DNA of 64,000 nucleotides, from NCBI GenBank assembly GCA_050084515.1, contig CM114271.1, positions 31,062,001 to 31,126,000 on the forward strand, read 5' to 3'. This document shows positions 24,958 through 39,362 of the stretch, one piece after another. Position 1 is the stretch's first letter; the number at the start of each line of letters is the position of its first letter. Both the position numbers and the translations under genes were made by a program. This DNA is from Blasia pusilla (lineage: Eukaryota). The notes under the pieces were generated by a model. The model did no database searches, was not told where the DNA came from, and saw only the letters and a list, made by a program, of their open reading frames with translations.

Positions 24958-27560
24958 CAGAGAGAACAAAGATGCACTTCGATAAAAACGAGTGATGGAG
25001 AACCCATCGGAAGTACAAAAGAGGGGACTCAAAGAGTCAAAACCTAGGCCCAACACGACCAGAAAAGGAAGAAGGGGGCATTCCCCCTAACGAAACTCCA
25101 ACAAAGGAAGACAATATCAGACAACAACAACAAGAGAGCTATGACTACTACTAAGTGGGCCTCTAGCAGCGTCCAAAATCCCATTCAGTAACGGCTATGG
25201 AGGCAATCGCAGCAGCTAAGGACAACCCATTTCTCGGTGGAGATGATGGGCGTCCAGTTAACCTCTCCCCATAGCCCCATACATCTCAAGTCGATCAGAG
25301 AAAGCTTGTAGCTCGAGCCAACCGTGACTACCACGGGGACGTGTTCAGAAGAATGAGGGAATCCCGCATGGAGTAGTGCTCTCAGAGACTGGAAGCCACT
25401 CTCCGAGCAACATCGAACATGATATCCCCGCATCGTGAGTGGCTATCCCAGCGTGCCAAATGCACACCAAGTGGATCCAGCTCGGCGACACTCGCGAAGT
25501 CGAACCAACCACCGATGGTTGGGGAGGCCCAGCTTTGCGGAACCGCATCGCTGTGGTATAGGTAAGTGGTGCCTCATGTCACTTCGAGAAGGGCGCGCCT
25601 ATCCATGAGACGGGCCCTAACCTCCATGGGGATATTCCGTCGGACATAGTGCCTCTCTGCCTCAAAGTGGGCTTCCATCAAGGAAGATTGGCCGGAGGTA
25701 ACTAAGGAGGAGAAAGTGGGAGAACGGCTCGGCCTCAACCGAAGCGGGAATCTCTACAAGCCTGAGTGAAGACCGAAGTGGGAAAGAGCCATCCTCGACC
25801 TGGGAGCGTAGTGTAGAAGGGAGGTCTATCTCTAACCAAAAATCGAGCAAAGGAGGGGTGCCACTAATGAGAGAAGACCCTCCACCAAAAGAAACCTAGC
25901 TAACTCCCCATGGGGCACTCTAAGGAGCCGGGTCCTGAAGATCCCCAAACACTTGCATGAGCTTCCTATCAAAGGATCTATATAGGGAAGAAAGGTGACC
26001 CAGTTCTAGTGAGGTAACCAGGTCTCGAGACAAAACAAGAAGAGAGAATGCCGAAGGCGACTTGAGGGTCACCAATCCTCGTAAGATCATCAACCGGTAG
26101 AGTCGAAAGTCGATACAAAGTCCTGGCAGCGGTACTCCCAAGACTAAAGCCCTCCGACAGTCGCAAGAAGCCGTCGGGATATAGATCATCACGTGTCTAA
26201 TGGAGACCAAACTTCCCCACCTTCGCTCTGCAGGGACAACCAGATCTTTATCATCCAGAAGGAACATGCAACCGGAAAGCCTCCATTGAGCCACAAAAAC
26301 AACGCGCCACCCGGAGGGTCACCCCAGCGAGTCCCGAGGACTCCGTGACCTCCTCCTCGAAACCCCGAAGGGGCCCCACAAAGGGAATGAGGTCATGGGG
26401 CGTGAATATAGTAGCCCTATAGAAGGCGTTCTCCACGCCCACTTGGAGAACCACCCCACTGGATGTACATCTAGACAAGCCTCAAACCTAAGGCAACGTC
26501 TCACATCCGGTGGCGTGGCAACTCCAAAGCGGTTCGGATGATTTTGGAAAGCCTCACGGAACCGAGTACGACTCACCAACCGCAAGAGCACCTCACCTAT
26601 GGCAATCGGACGGATACCACCACCCCCTTTGACAACGCAAAAGTTGACTTGGGCCCTTCTCCTGAGCTAGGTGAGAGGCAACTGAAGCAACTTTCGGAGA
26701 AGCCGAGCGGTGTCCTCGGAAGGAAAGCAATCACGAAACATCATACCGAGACAAACCTCCGCCGCAACCTCGGGAACCAGTTCAAAGAGGGACGGGTCAA
26801 GGCCCGTGTCAGTCACGTGCAAAAAGCTGGAATGTCAACCGATACGAGGATTAGCCTCCGGAGGGCATCGATGGGGCAGAGCCATGTCCATCGGGCGAAG
26901 AGCACGCACGGCACTCATGCCAGCTCCGCTCCCTTTTATAAATCGCGCACCTGGCTGCCCAGATCTAAACCAGGTGAACTACTTTCCGCGAATGCCACAA
27001 ACTCACTCAGAGACTCCCAATCACCTGGTGCTATAACCTCTCTATGACCGGCCTTCCTTTAACTTTGAAGACACCATCGTGGAAGGAGAAGTAGTAGGTA
27101 CCACGAGAGCTCATCCATAGGATCAAGGGCGATCCTAGCGAGGGAAGGAGGAACCCCAATAGCATGGGGGATCCTGAAACAACCTCGGAGGGGAAAACGG
27201 GTCTCAAGAGACCTATAATGCTTCCCTGGTGGGACCTCAACCACTCCCATGCCGGGAGGGGGCGATGATGCAGGAAGCACCGGAGAGCATCCATGGTATG
27301 GGAGGGACCACCCATCCAAATCTATTCAGGATGTTTAGCCGCTAAGTGGTTCAACGTTGACAACATGGGCATTTAGTATTGACTAGGGCGGTCCCCCACA
27401 CGGGAGCCAATGCGGTAGAGGCATGGATGCAACTCACCAAGAAGAGGATATGGCCCCTCCAATAAAATCGACAACCTCCGTCAATTTCTGTCATCCCCAT
27501 TCGAACGAGCGGTCTGGCAAAACCACTCTCCGATCCCGGTAATGCTCCCTCTAACATAAA
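24958..27560 (-). mobile_element. CRE/SLACS-like non-LTR retrotransposon relic (RT, CCHC and restriction-like endonuclease region)
   Basis: The minus strand reads KGGGGIRPIAIGEVLLR, FGVATP, VVLQVGVENAF, FLLDD, LDPLGVHL...IATHD and EMYGAMGE. Heavily frameshifted. Confidence 0.7.
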
Positions 27561-28289
27561 CTCTCACCTACCAACATCACCTAGGACTTCTAGTCCCAAC
27601 CCCTCCCAAAAATAAACTCATGAATCTCTTAGAGTTGCTAAGAGTGTGAAAAGATCATGGCCCTTCAAGATAAAATAGATGAGAAGAAAAGTGTATGTAT
27701 GGGAAGGGTAACAAATACAAACGAGAATCGAACCAAAATTACGACAAATACGACAAACAAGAAATGACTTGGGAAAGGAGGGGAAGGGTGGGTGAATCGT
27801 TACCTTAGGAAATTTCTCCAAATGACAATAAGCTAAACCCTAATATTCACATTTGGAACCCTAATATGAACCGAATTCTAAAAAGATGAATAAAAATAAA
27901 AATACTTCACGCCATGCAGAAGGTCCGGATCAAAACGGCTCTTCACGCTCTCCGTTTCGACATGTAGCACGTCTCTTTTTCCCCCCTACGCCTCCGTCCT
28001 TCCTGTCCCAATCCATGCCCCCGTCCCGCCCAAAATCGCTGTTCCGTTTGGACGGATCGGAGAGAGGGAGATCCATTTCGAGGCTTTGCGGTAAGCCTTT
28101 TGGGCGGTTAGATCTTAATTATTAGCTCCGGTTAAACCCGTCACATGCCAGCGCGGAGAGATATAAAATGCATACGTGTCATGCGGAGGAAGCCCCTCTA
28201 AATCCCTAGACTCTTTTAATAATATAGGCGACCCCTTCCGATTACTGCAGTAGGATTAATTTCCTATTGCAGTTATAGTTCGGTTAGAC

Positions 28290-28755
28290 GATCTTTCCAT
28301 GACACGTTTGACCTTCTCTGACCGATAACACTACACCTGGACCATCACCCTCATCCCCCTGGCCATAGAGATGTATGGGGCTATGGGGGAGAGGTTCGAC
28401 TCGTTCCTTACGGACTGCGCCCATCATCTCCACTCGAGAAATGGGTTGTCCTTAACTACTGCAATTCTGTACAGGGGCTGGTCTCCATAGCGTTGCGTGC
28501 CCAGGCTAATGGGATTTTGCGGGGGCTCAGGCTGTGGGAGACGCCGGCGCTAGAGGCCCACTTAGTAGTAGTCATAGCTCTCTTGTTGTTGCTGATATTG
28601 TCTCTGCTGTTGGTGAGTTTCGTCGTTAGGGGGGGAATTCCCCCTTCTTCCTTTTCTGGTCGTGTTGTGGCCTTCAGGTTTTGATTCTTTGAATCCCCCT
28701 CTTTTGTACTTCCGATGGGTTTTCTATCACTCGTTTTTATCGAAGTGCATCTTTA
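28290..28755 (+). mobile_element. 5'-truncated copy of the same non-LTR element (3' end), inverted relative to 24958-25300
   Basis: Near-identical to the reverse complement of 24965-25300, e.g. CTAGAGGCCCACTTAGTAGTAGTCATAGCTCTCTTGTTGTTG and ATCACTCGTTTTTATCGAAGTGCATCTTT. Encodes PLAIEMYGAMGE. Confidence 0.8.
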
Positions 28756-31700
28756 TGAAGGCCTTTTTTGCTTGGACCAACTTAAAAAGTCTTAACCATG
28801 TCAAATCAGCATACTGCCTCCGGTCAGTCTGGACAACTAAGTCTCCTTCGTGCTGTGCTACTTGCGCAACCGGAGTCCGGACCGGGTGATCTACTTACCA
28901 AAACCCGGGCCGGCGCCCAGGAGTAACTGGCCAATTATCACCGCTTTTGCGTCGCGGTGGGGGCCGCCGTTGCACAGTCACTTCGGGGGCCAGTTCGGCA
29001 TTTCCGTTCTTGCAGTGATCGCACCTCCCTATAAGACAGACACGTGTCCCGGTAAGTTCGGACATACCTCCGAGCATGGCACGTCCGGCGCCGCTATAGA
29101 GGTGGCTAAACTGGGGGTTCCGGCTTTTTGTCTTGCGAAGTGCGGTTGGCCCCTTGAAATGGAACGGGGTCACCTTCAAGCGGACTGGATGGTGGCGACA
29201 ATTCCGATTCCTTCGTCACAGTGCTGGGGCCGGCGTAGGAACTTGGAAGGTTCTTCTCTACGTTGAAGTCTCCCGAACTTCTCCTAGCGAATACCCGACT
29301 CCCGAGGGGAGAGGAAGACGTCTAGTTATTGCTATACTAGAACTGTTGTAGCTCCCGAACATAAATAAAGAGCGGTGAACTTATGTGAAGTTTACTATAA
29401 GTAGGTACGGGACTGCTCATCGATGATTCGCCACGTCATCTCGCACAACCACGGTGGACCTCCAATCGGATAGAGTAGGCACGTACGCTGTCCAGCCTCA
29501 GCTTTCATGACGTTTAGTGATGCGAGGGACCGGTGAGGACTGAGGAGTTCCTTGTACACATCGACCCTTTCTCCTCTCAATCCTTGTCGTCTGCCCTTTG
29601 TCTGGCCTTTGGATACACACACGACTACCGTAAGAGACAAAAATAAACTTGGGAATATGTCAAGGCTCTTCAGGTCAATATGATACTTGACGCCAAATCT
29701 CGTCGCTTGGGGATTCACAGCGGAACGATTCGCACGGGCTCGCACCCGGGTTTCTGGCGAAGAGTAAACGCATCGGCTTTTCGCCACTAACCTGGCATAC
29801 ATGCATCCAACATGTGCGCCGTTTCTGATCTAGTCCTCGTTTCCGACTCGGGAGAGGTATAACGGGTTACTTCGTGGGGATTTGCCATGTTTAACCGCGG
29901 CCCCATACCCTTAGGGCTTAATCCCATGCGTGTTGGGACGAGGGTCTACGACCAAAACTTTTGGGCTCAAGGAGTCCTGGCGACCTGGGTCTACTCAAGG
30001 ACTCCTTGGCTAGTCACACCGGTCTAACACCAACCCGAAGAAGCCCATCAGGTTTCTGTTATTGTTCTTTCCTCTTTGTCTTTGCCGGTTCTTTTTATTT
30101 GGAAATGGGTGGTGGCAAAGTCGCGAGGGCTTGTGTCATGCCTTCTAATGGCACGAATCCGGTTCACGGTCTCATTAATGTACGTGCGTCCCATCTGTTA
30201 CGTCATGGTGATATGGAAACTTGGAGTCAAGTCCTCGTGACCTTGGCCGCATAGGACCGGGTCTTCTATAATTCGCAAAGATCCATTTTTCTTTCTTTAC
30301 ATCGTTTATTGGAAGATTAGGTCGTCGCAACCTTTGCGTGGATCATGGGATCAGCCTTTAGGGGCTCATCCCTATTAAGGCGAGTCGTTTCATGCTCCCC
30401 TGGTGGCTCATGGAAATATGTAACTTTAGTTACCATCAACATTTTTCCCCAACATTGGGTGGCTACTGAGGTGCCTGATGGGACCTCTCGTGCACCTATG
30501 TGACCATGTATTCTAAAATTCTAACATCACGATTACGCAAAATTGCTTGTCTCATTCCGTAGATCTTATGTAATTGAGAGTCTGTCACATGGATATCTCG
30601 CGTCATGGGCAACCCAAGTGACACGCCCTCTCCGAGTTAACAAAAATTTGAAGAAAGGAACCTCTAGTGGTCAGTCAGAAATCATATAGTCTGAAAAAAT
30701 AAGAGAGAAATAAGAAAAATTAGTGTGTAGTCGGAGTTATACATGAGACAAATCAATATTTTTTTATAAAATATTTTTGTAACTTGTAAGAACAAGAAAA
30801 AAATTTGTTATTTTCAGATGTCAATTAAAGAGATGTTTGCAAATCAATAAGGTGTTCTCCCATAATAATATAGATTTGGTAAGTTGAGAGTTGCGAAAAA
30901 AAATGTAATTTGCATACTTGAACGTGGCTATTGTGGCCCCCTTTGTTACCATTACGCAATGCCCATGGTAGAAGCCCCTTAGGATCCTAATCCATGGGTA
31001 TATCATTAGTGGCCAAAATTGATCAATGCGACAATAAGAAAGGTTTTGGTGACCCCCACCGTACGAGAATTTCTGATTTTTTGTCATTTTTTCTCACCTA
31101 ACAATGAATTTGTTGACTAATACATACTCCTTTCTTGGAGTTCATGGAATCCTTTTATGGGATGAACACCTTAGGGGCTCAATCCATGGGCCTTAGGTTG
31201 CAACAACCATTATAGGGAATTGCAGAATTTTCTACATCCTAAACGATTGGGCATACAAAATGACCAACATCTTGAAGTATTTTTGTACCCCGATCGAAGA
31301 AAACAACTTGATTACATTGAATCTATACATTTATTTAATAATATACATCATAGCTTCCTAACTTAGACTCACCAAAAAACTTTGTAGATATCCTTAAGTA
31401 AGAGCGTTAATTGATTTAGTTGGAGTTCAAAAAATAGAGGTTGCAAAAAATATATAGAAGGAAAGATGATATTTCCCTCTTTTTAAGGATTACGAAAGAA
31501 TCTTTGTAAACCCCAATAAGATATCTCTCTAAGTGCCCTTTTTTGTGTTATGAAAACAATATAGTGCACAAGTACATTTTAGAAGGTTTTTCCCTAAGTA
31601 CCCTAACTTTAAAGTCTTTTATTTTTCTATGGACTTGTTTATGAAGGAGCAAGTTGCAAAATTATTTTCATGTGTTGGGCTCAATTGCAAACTTTCTGAT

Positions 31701-32219
31701 TTCCAATTATTAGATAAATAATCACCAATCACTCTTTTCTGCCATATGTTGTTTGGTATTTATGCAATAAAAATCAAGTGGAGAACGCAATAAAAATGTA
31801 TAAAAGAATTTCAATGATCCTATTCAAATAATGTATTAATATTATATAAACCTTAGTTATAAGAGAATTGGGAGTTGTGTAAGAAGGAAATCACAAAATT
31901 TCACCTAAGAAAATCCATACAATAAGTTTAAACATAATTTATCCCATTAAGAAGAATTGTTATGCAATATATTGGCATCCCATTCAATGAAAGAGAAGAA
32001 CCAAGGTTACATTTTGACCTAGTCGAATGGAGTTTAGAAATCGGCTTCAGTTTTTCAAGCACATGCCAAAAATCAACATAATAGACAAGGTCTCCTTTGT
32101 ATTAGTATGAAAATGGTCGGCCAGAATTACAAAAACTCCAAAATATATCGTCTTGCTTCATATAGACCCGAAATGTATCGCTTCTCTCAAAAGAACTACC
32201 CGGACCTTAATCTAATTGA

Positions 32220-32485
32220 TACATCTTAAGTTTTTAGTGTGGCAATATCTCTCTATTTTTTGAAAAATTTGTTCATTCTATTCTATATTCTGATTATTGG
32301 AGAGTGCTTTCTTGATTTGAAAACATCTTTTTGCTTGACAAGTGGCATCCGGGTAGCAAGAAAATGTTTACTATTTTACAAGCAACAAGAAAAGGTTTTC
32401 CCCCTCAACGAGCAACAATAAAAAAAAATTATACGTAACATCATTAGTCCCTTCATCCCCGTACATGGTACGGGCTGCCCACTAG
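32220..32485 (+). mobile_element. Helitron 3' terminus (hairpin plus CTAG); 5' end not determined
   Basis: CCCGTAC-ATG-GTACGGG hairpin at 32458-32474, CTAG at 32482-32485, followed by T. Confidence 0.75.
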
Positions 32486-35400
32486 TTCCAAGAAAATAGG
32501 ATTTCATTTCAAAACTTTCTAACTTTGTAAATCCAAGAGATATCTTATCAATATATTTTGAGGCTTCACTTCTTCTCGACTAATATTTTGACATTAATTT
32601 TATAATCTCCCTTATTTCAATTATAATATAGAAGAGATTGTAAATTTTTCATTCATACCTAGCCACATTTAACTAAGTGATTAGCTTTATTTTATATTCG
32701 AAAAAAAATTTTATTTTAAAATAGGCTTTTACCACATTGTAACCTCAATCCCCTTCCAAAAACAATATGATGGACTCTAGAAAGGAATAAGATACTTAAA
32801 TTTTTTTAGGGGTTTTAAGAAGAGAATATCTATAAAAATAAACCATACTTATCATCTAACATTTTAAAAAATTACTATTAAGAAAAAGATTATTTCATTT
32901 CTCTCCCCTTTTCCACAACCTAAAAAATGGACTGATATTTGGTTCTATGCTAATCCAAGCCATTTCCACAAAATTGCTTTCTAGTCAAGTCACTCAATAA
33001 GAGCCTCTAGTCTACTCTTTCTTGGATTAGCCTACTTCCCAACCCACCCCCAAATTATGAGCCTCAAATGGATTTGGAGCTCTTTCCAACCTTGCTCTAT
33101 GTGCGACACCTACTCTAGCACTACGCCATATGTCATGTTAAGTCCGTATACCATCAAATCTTCTTGTTGTGATACTCCACTCTAGCTGTCACTACCCTAT
33201 TTTTACCTTACATAACGAGAGGGCCACATACACACCAATTAAACTAATTTGAGGTTAATTTGGATTAGATGATATTTAATGTGCTTAATTCTTTAGTATT
33301 TGGTAATGTTTGAAATAGGAAAAATTATGAAATAATGAAGATTATATATTGAAAAAACCTTAAATAAAACAAAGTAGGTAGCAATAACCATCCTATATGA
33401 CCAAATTAATTTAATTCTTATCATCTTCTTCTAAGCATTTTTAGTGTCTTCTTCTCATATATGGGGAACATCATGGATGATTACTAGACGTGTATTGATA
33501 GATCCAACTTTCAACCGATATTAATTCCAGGTTAAGCTACAAATATATGGAAGAGAAATCCTATGATTAGCATAATCAGGATTTAGCATGGCTATCTCTA
33601 TTTTTAAGATTTCTTTGAGATTAAAAGAAAGGAGGGAAGAAACTTATTAGGGACTTTTAGGCCTTTCTTGAATTTCACAAGAATCCCAAGCCATTAAATT
33701 CTAGTCAGAAAAATCACGGGATTCAATAATGAAAATTTACTAGATCCATCAATCTAGAAATAGTTATCATACTATTCAAAGTCTCAAAGAGAGATTTACT
33801 AGATCCATCAATCTACAAATGGTTATCGTATTTGTGTGTGTGTGTGAGTGAAAGAGAGAGGGAGAGGGAGAGATTCTAAACTTAATATGAGGCAAATAAA
33901 TTGATATTATTTTCTAAGTTAGTTAAAACTTAGAGAATAATATTATTGCAAATTCCAAACAAGGCAAATTTATCTTCAATAATCTACTCCAAAATCTAAT
34001 CTAGTATGTATTTCTTCCTTAGTTCAACCTATTTTGTTAAATCTTTTGTACAACTTATTTAGTATTTTATAACAAAAACTTCTTAAGAAACTTTCTTGTC
34101 AAGATAAAGTTGTAAGAAAGGGCTCACACTAGTGAGTTTAGAGGTTGAAGGTTGCACTATAACCAGTGGCATATCGTTTTCCATTTTCTCCTAGCTCTAG
34201 AGAGCAGCAAGATAGTTGCATGACTATTAGTCAAAATTATACAGCTTTAGAGGATTGTAAAAAAATAAGTGACATTTCATTCACATCAACAAACAACCAT
34301 TCTTATACAATTGTTAATGGGCATTTTTGTACATCCGCATGATATCCATATTCTTACTGAAAATATTTCTAAACAACTTTGAAGATAAATTGTGTAGAAC
34401 TAAGAACATTAACATGATATAAATAGGTATATTTTCATGCATCAACATCTCAAGTATCTCATCCATCTTCCCTAGTATCTCCTTTTACGTTTGCAAAGCT
34501 ATCAATACAAAAGTTTTAACTAGTGTTACCAGGAATATTCGTTAATCACCTTCTGAAAATTGAATACTTAGTTAAGCCGCATGTCCTAACCTATGCATCT
34601 AGGCCATATCCATCATTGCTTGAAATTAAAGCTCGTGGGAGTTTTTCTACATATTACTCTACTCTATTATTATGGTAGAAAGAATTGAATATAAGTCATG
34701 TGTTAAAGATGAACTCATTTCAATTCAAACATAGATACTCTAAAATATATTCTAAGACTCTTGATTCTAAGGATACGGATCAATAATACAATTGAAAAAT
34801 TATGAAAACCAAATGAATTTATTCAAAGATTTCGGAAAAAGCAATGCAAAAATTTTGCACGGAAAATCATAGCAATGTGAGTTTCAATGCTATATCTCAT
34901 TTGACTAAAGTAAGAACAAAAATCTTGCCGGCCAGTTTGATATATACCAATATAAGTTTCGTGGAATTAATGCATATACGAGACAAGAAAATTTCAACTA
35001 AAAAATGAAAAGAAATTTCCAAAAACTAACAAGAAACAAGAAAAGAATTGAAAAAAGAGTAAAAGAATTTTCGGCATCATGCACCGCACCGTCTTAAACC
35101 CGCCGCTCGCATCAACAAATTTCGTTTTCTTCTCAAATAGAACTTCTTTGATATTAAAAACTACATTTAAATTTAGTAAAATGAAACAGGAGACTCCTGT
35201 GGTTGGTTTATCGTGTTAAAAGCACAGAAATAATCCAATCTCATCGAAATGGATGTACGTGAAGTGTATATCGAATCCAGAGGTTCAAATTGAGAGGACA
35301 TGCATTCCACGCCGTACTGGAACATCCGTGCACTGTGCCGCTATTGTGTCGAGGCGGTTACCTTAATGGCGTTCCCCGACAAGTTAGGACTTAGAATTCC

Positions 35401-36379
35401 TAAAAAATTAATGTACGTGAACGGCGCTCTGGTAGTGCTCGGCGGAACTACGGGTTCGAAAGTCTGAGCTCCCGGGCTCTAGTCATCAGTCAATCTGGAT
35501 TTGGGAAGCACGTTTGCCGTCGCTTTGTGACGATCAAGGAGGGAGCTTCCGAAGGTTCTGCCCTCGACACATACAGACAGACAGCCATGTGGACCTGAGC
35601 TCCCTTCGTTTCTCCGTTCATTCTTTGACGGGTCCTTCTCCCCTGTCGCTGTTGGTGGATCGGTGTGGTCCCCACCGATGCGCTATGGACGATTCGTATC
35701 GTGGATTGGATACACCACGTGGGATTTGCCGGCAATTGAAGGAAAGGGTTTGCACAAGTGTCCAAAATCTCCGTCGGAGTCCACGGGAATCTTTCACGTC
35801 AGCATCTGGATTCTGGACATACGGATAGTTCCGTCCTCCCCGAAGTACGGTCATTTCCGTTGTTCCGCATTATATAATCCCGAGTTATGAAATGTATTCC
35901 CCGATACATTTTACAATATTAAAATTTTTTATTTAGCGATTTTTTTATTTCTTTACATTTTCAATCAATGAAATAGTTTTAGGATAATTTCTTTCTAAAT
36001 TTATTTAAAACGACGTTTAAGAATTTTGAAGTTTTATAATGGCATAATTTAAATCCGTACATAGTATAATTTAATATTAATAATTTGTATCCAATGGGAC
36101 GTTTTGTGCCCGAATAAAATTATTTTGCCGTTTCCTGAACTTGTAGGTAATAAATGGGATCTCTTTCTAAATATGTGCACCTATTTCTAAATATCCCGTG
36201 CATGGTTCCATAAGTTGTTGAAAAGTACTTATGAATATTTTTATTATAATAATAATAATTTTGTATCATAGTAAGATGTGGTGAAAAATGAGAATAAAAA
36301 TTTCATAATCTTGTGCCCTTTCAATAACAAGATCAATAGGAAAGTCTCCAATAAAGAATCACAAATTAGTAAACATACT

Positions 36380-37700
36380 CTCATGGAAATATCCCTTAGC
36401 TCTTATTATTAAACCTCACGGACTCTCATATGCATGTTGAGAGACTTGGGTTACACACTCACAAGATGAGAGGATCATAATTCCGCTTCTTTATGAAAGG
36501 AGGCTCAACAAAGAGAACAAGTTTCCAAGCTCTCTCCCCTTGGATATATCGTGCATCCTCTCTCTCTCCCTCAGCCCTCTACCTGTTGAACTATGCATAT
36601 ATGACACCTCCTGAACCCTAACCTACAATAGCGGATGAAAGGACACTTTCCTCAAATAGAAAGTCAATTCTATATGGAATAAGGAATCTACCCAAAATGG
36701 CAAGTTCTAGAAATAGCTTCAAATAAGCCAAAAACAAGGAGGAGCAATATACCGGGGCTATCCTAATCCTCAACATATCGTCCTCAACCTCTTAAGATTG
36801 ATGTGCAATCTTCCCAAATGTGCGGCACACCTGCTCTATAGTTACACAAAAATGGATATGTCCATGGACATGGATTGCCAAATGTGAAACCCACACTTAT
36901 AGTTCATGATGAAAGGTGAGGCAAAGGTGAGTGGTGCAATAAGGGGGGAGAAAATGGAGGTGGAGAGAGGAAGAAACCGGAGAGATGGAAGACGAAAGTA
37001 AGTGAGAGGGGGGGATGAGAAAGAAGAAGAAAGTGGGGCCCATATGGAAAAGTCCTTCTATAGGACGGACATGGACCTTGTCCACATGCAACCTTGAGCT
37101 ACTCTCTATGCCACTAGAAAGAACGTGATAACTATTGAACACATACACATAGCTACATAATATAACATATATCGTTATCACTATATATACACTCTTAAAT
37201 ATAAGACACCATACCCAATCGTGGAGTTTACACACATAGACAATCACATAGGAAAAAGATCTCAAATCGTCCCTTTAACTTATGATAAGATCCTTGAAAC
37301 TTTAGATAGCCATCTATCCATTCCTACTCATATGACATACATCTTTATAATGCTAAGAGAATTTTTTTTCAAGATGCTCATATGGCTCCATCATTAATCA
37401 CTTTCTTGTCATCAATGTCATTCAAGAAAGTCCAAAACCATAACTATATATCCTATGTATATCTAAGACATATCCATCGTGCTTGATGAAATCTAGTGAG
37501 AGGTAGCGTCAAACATGCCATGTGCTACCCTTTTGAGCATCCATCATGATAAACCAGCATGGTGGTTGTATCTCTGGTAGATCCACACGATATACAATGT
37601 AAAAGTGTAGGTACCATTGCCAAATTTGGATCAATTGCATGTCCTATCAACATTAGGAAGATGACATATGTATGGTGTGAATTGCATAGTCATATGGATG
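36380..37700 (-). mobile_element. Decayed 3' end of a Gypsy-like copy: IN C-term/PHD - PPT - B1 - A2
   Basis: About 37500-37680 aligns with the IN C-term/PHD. PPT-like TTAAAGGGACGA at about 37268-37279, B-like 37133-37266, 2-bp spacer, A-like ending at 37130. Confidence 0.6.
36837..37096 (+). mobile_element. hAT-type MITE inserted in the A repeat
   Basis: Homologous to 39661-39990. Flanks ACCTGCTC / AGCTACTC (6/8 match, decayed TSD). Confidence 0.65.
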
Positions 37701-39362
37701 AGAGATGAACGATGTCTGCTAGATTATACAATGAAGAGTTGGTATGGATGCATATTAGTTTTGTTGTATATATTTTTGATCCACACTTTTTGGTTACTAG
37801 TATTCGATGTACAAATTTGCCTAGGAAGAAGTATTGGATAATGGAAGATAATAGCATAAAGCATTTGCTAGAGTAGCTGGTTGTTGTAACCATTTCAACT
37901 AAATTGAGATAATTCAAAGTCTCAAAATTAGTTCCCAATTCTCTCAATCTCAATTTTTATTTGTCTCGAAACTTCAATCTAAAAGTATCAAAATATTCCA
38001 TGAGTAGTCTCAATTTTCTCTAAAATATTTTTTTCTCAATTTTAATTTAGATAATAGTAATCATTAGGCAGCAAGAATATATCCCTAAACAACAAATATA
38101 GGATAATATAAGGCTTGATTGCTAAGGATTCTTGCAAAGTAAGATGTGAATTATTGAATAGACCTAAAAAGGCAAATCCAATGATTCTCAAAAAATGATA
38201 CATTTTCTAAATTCCATGGCTTTACACACTTTGTGTTGATAGGAAGAAAATGTTGTTTTCCATGCTTGAAACAAAAAAAATCAACCTTGTCATTATAATT
38301 GAGATGATGCATACTGTCCAAAAACTCATCCATGGAATCAATTCCATCTCTTGATACTTGACAGGTGGAACATTCATCTTTAAGGACAATATAGGATGAT
38401 AACTTTGATGGCATATTCAAAGGAAGATTTTTTGGTAAATCTTCTTGGGAAGGCTTAGCATTGCGCAAGCACATATTATATTCATCCATGATAACTTCTA
38501 GATACTAACACCATAAAACGAATTTCTACAACACTCAATCCACAACGTCGGGCTTTCCATCCTTGGGTCTAACTTACCATCGTTTCTAGACCACGTCTGT
38601 CATTTCCTTAACCACCTCCATCTTTTTTGAACCACATCCATCATTTTACGACCATGGTGTTGCCCAAAACCTACTACCTCTCAAATTGAGTTAAATCTTA
38701 ACCAAGGTTAGGAGGTTTTGAGATTTTGTAAGTTGAACCCTATAGGAACTTGCATTTCTCTATTTTCAATTTTCTAGCCTATTATGAAATTTCACTGAAA
38801 TGATCCTACGACCGATTATATTTCCCCATGATATCTTTGCATCTTTTATGGTTCACTTTTTGTTTCTAAAAAAAGGACAAATTTGGGCATAAAGAATCAT
38901 AATTTTCTGATTTTTCATAATGTTTTTAGAATTTTATTATTTTCCAAGAAAAATAACAAATTGCATGACACCCAAAAACTGAGAAACTTTTTTGGAAATG
39001 CCAAATGAATCGGTTGGTCAGATCCGAAATTTTGAGTTGTTTTCCCTTTTGTATGAGGGATATGGGTACTTTGAAGGATGCTCATAAATGGATAGATTTG
39101 GCTAATGATACACCCATCTTTTGTCAATCGTAAAGTATATATTTTGATATGGATACAACCTTGGTTCAGAGTAGAAGTTTGGACTTGTGGGAGGCAGGAT
39201 TTGTAAAGTTATCACATGGAGTGTATCCAATGCCAAAATCATGCAAGGGAAGAAGAATATGTATGGCAATTGGATGGAAAGACGAATGTGTGTAGATTAC
39301 TATCTTATCAACCAACACACAAGGTTAGATTGATATGCCATGCCTACTCTTGAGGAGATCTT

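Noticed and set aside
28790-30260. GC-richer block that might be a promoter or TE end (similar blocks near 15000-15400 and 35230-35870)
   Set aside because: No termini, TSD or coding signal that I can support.
38151-38489. 112-aa Cys/His-containing ORF
   Set aside because: Cannot be assigned; probably a decayed TE fragment.
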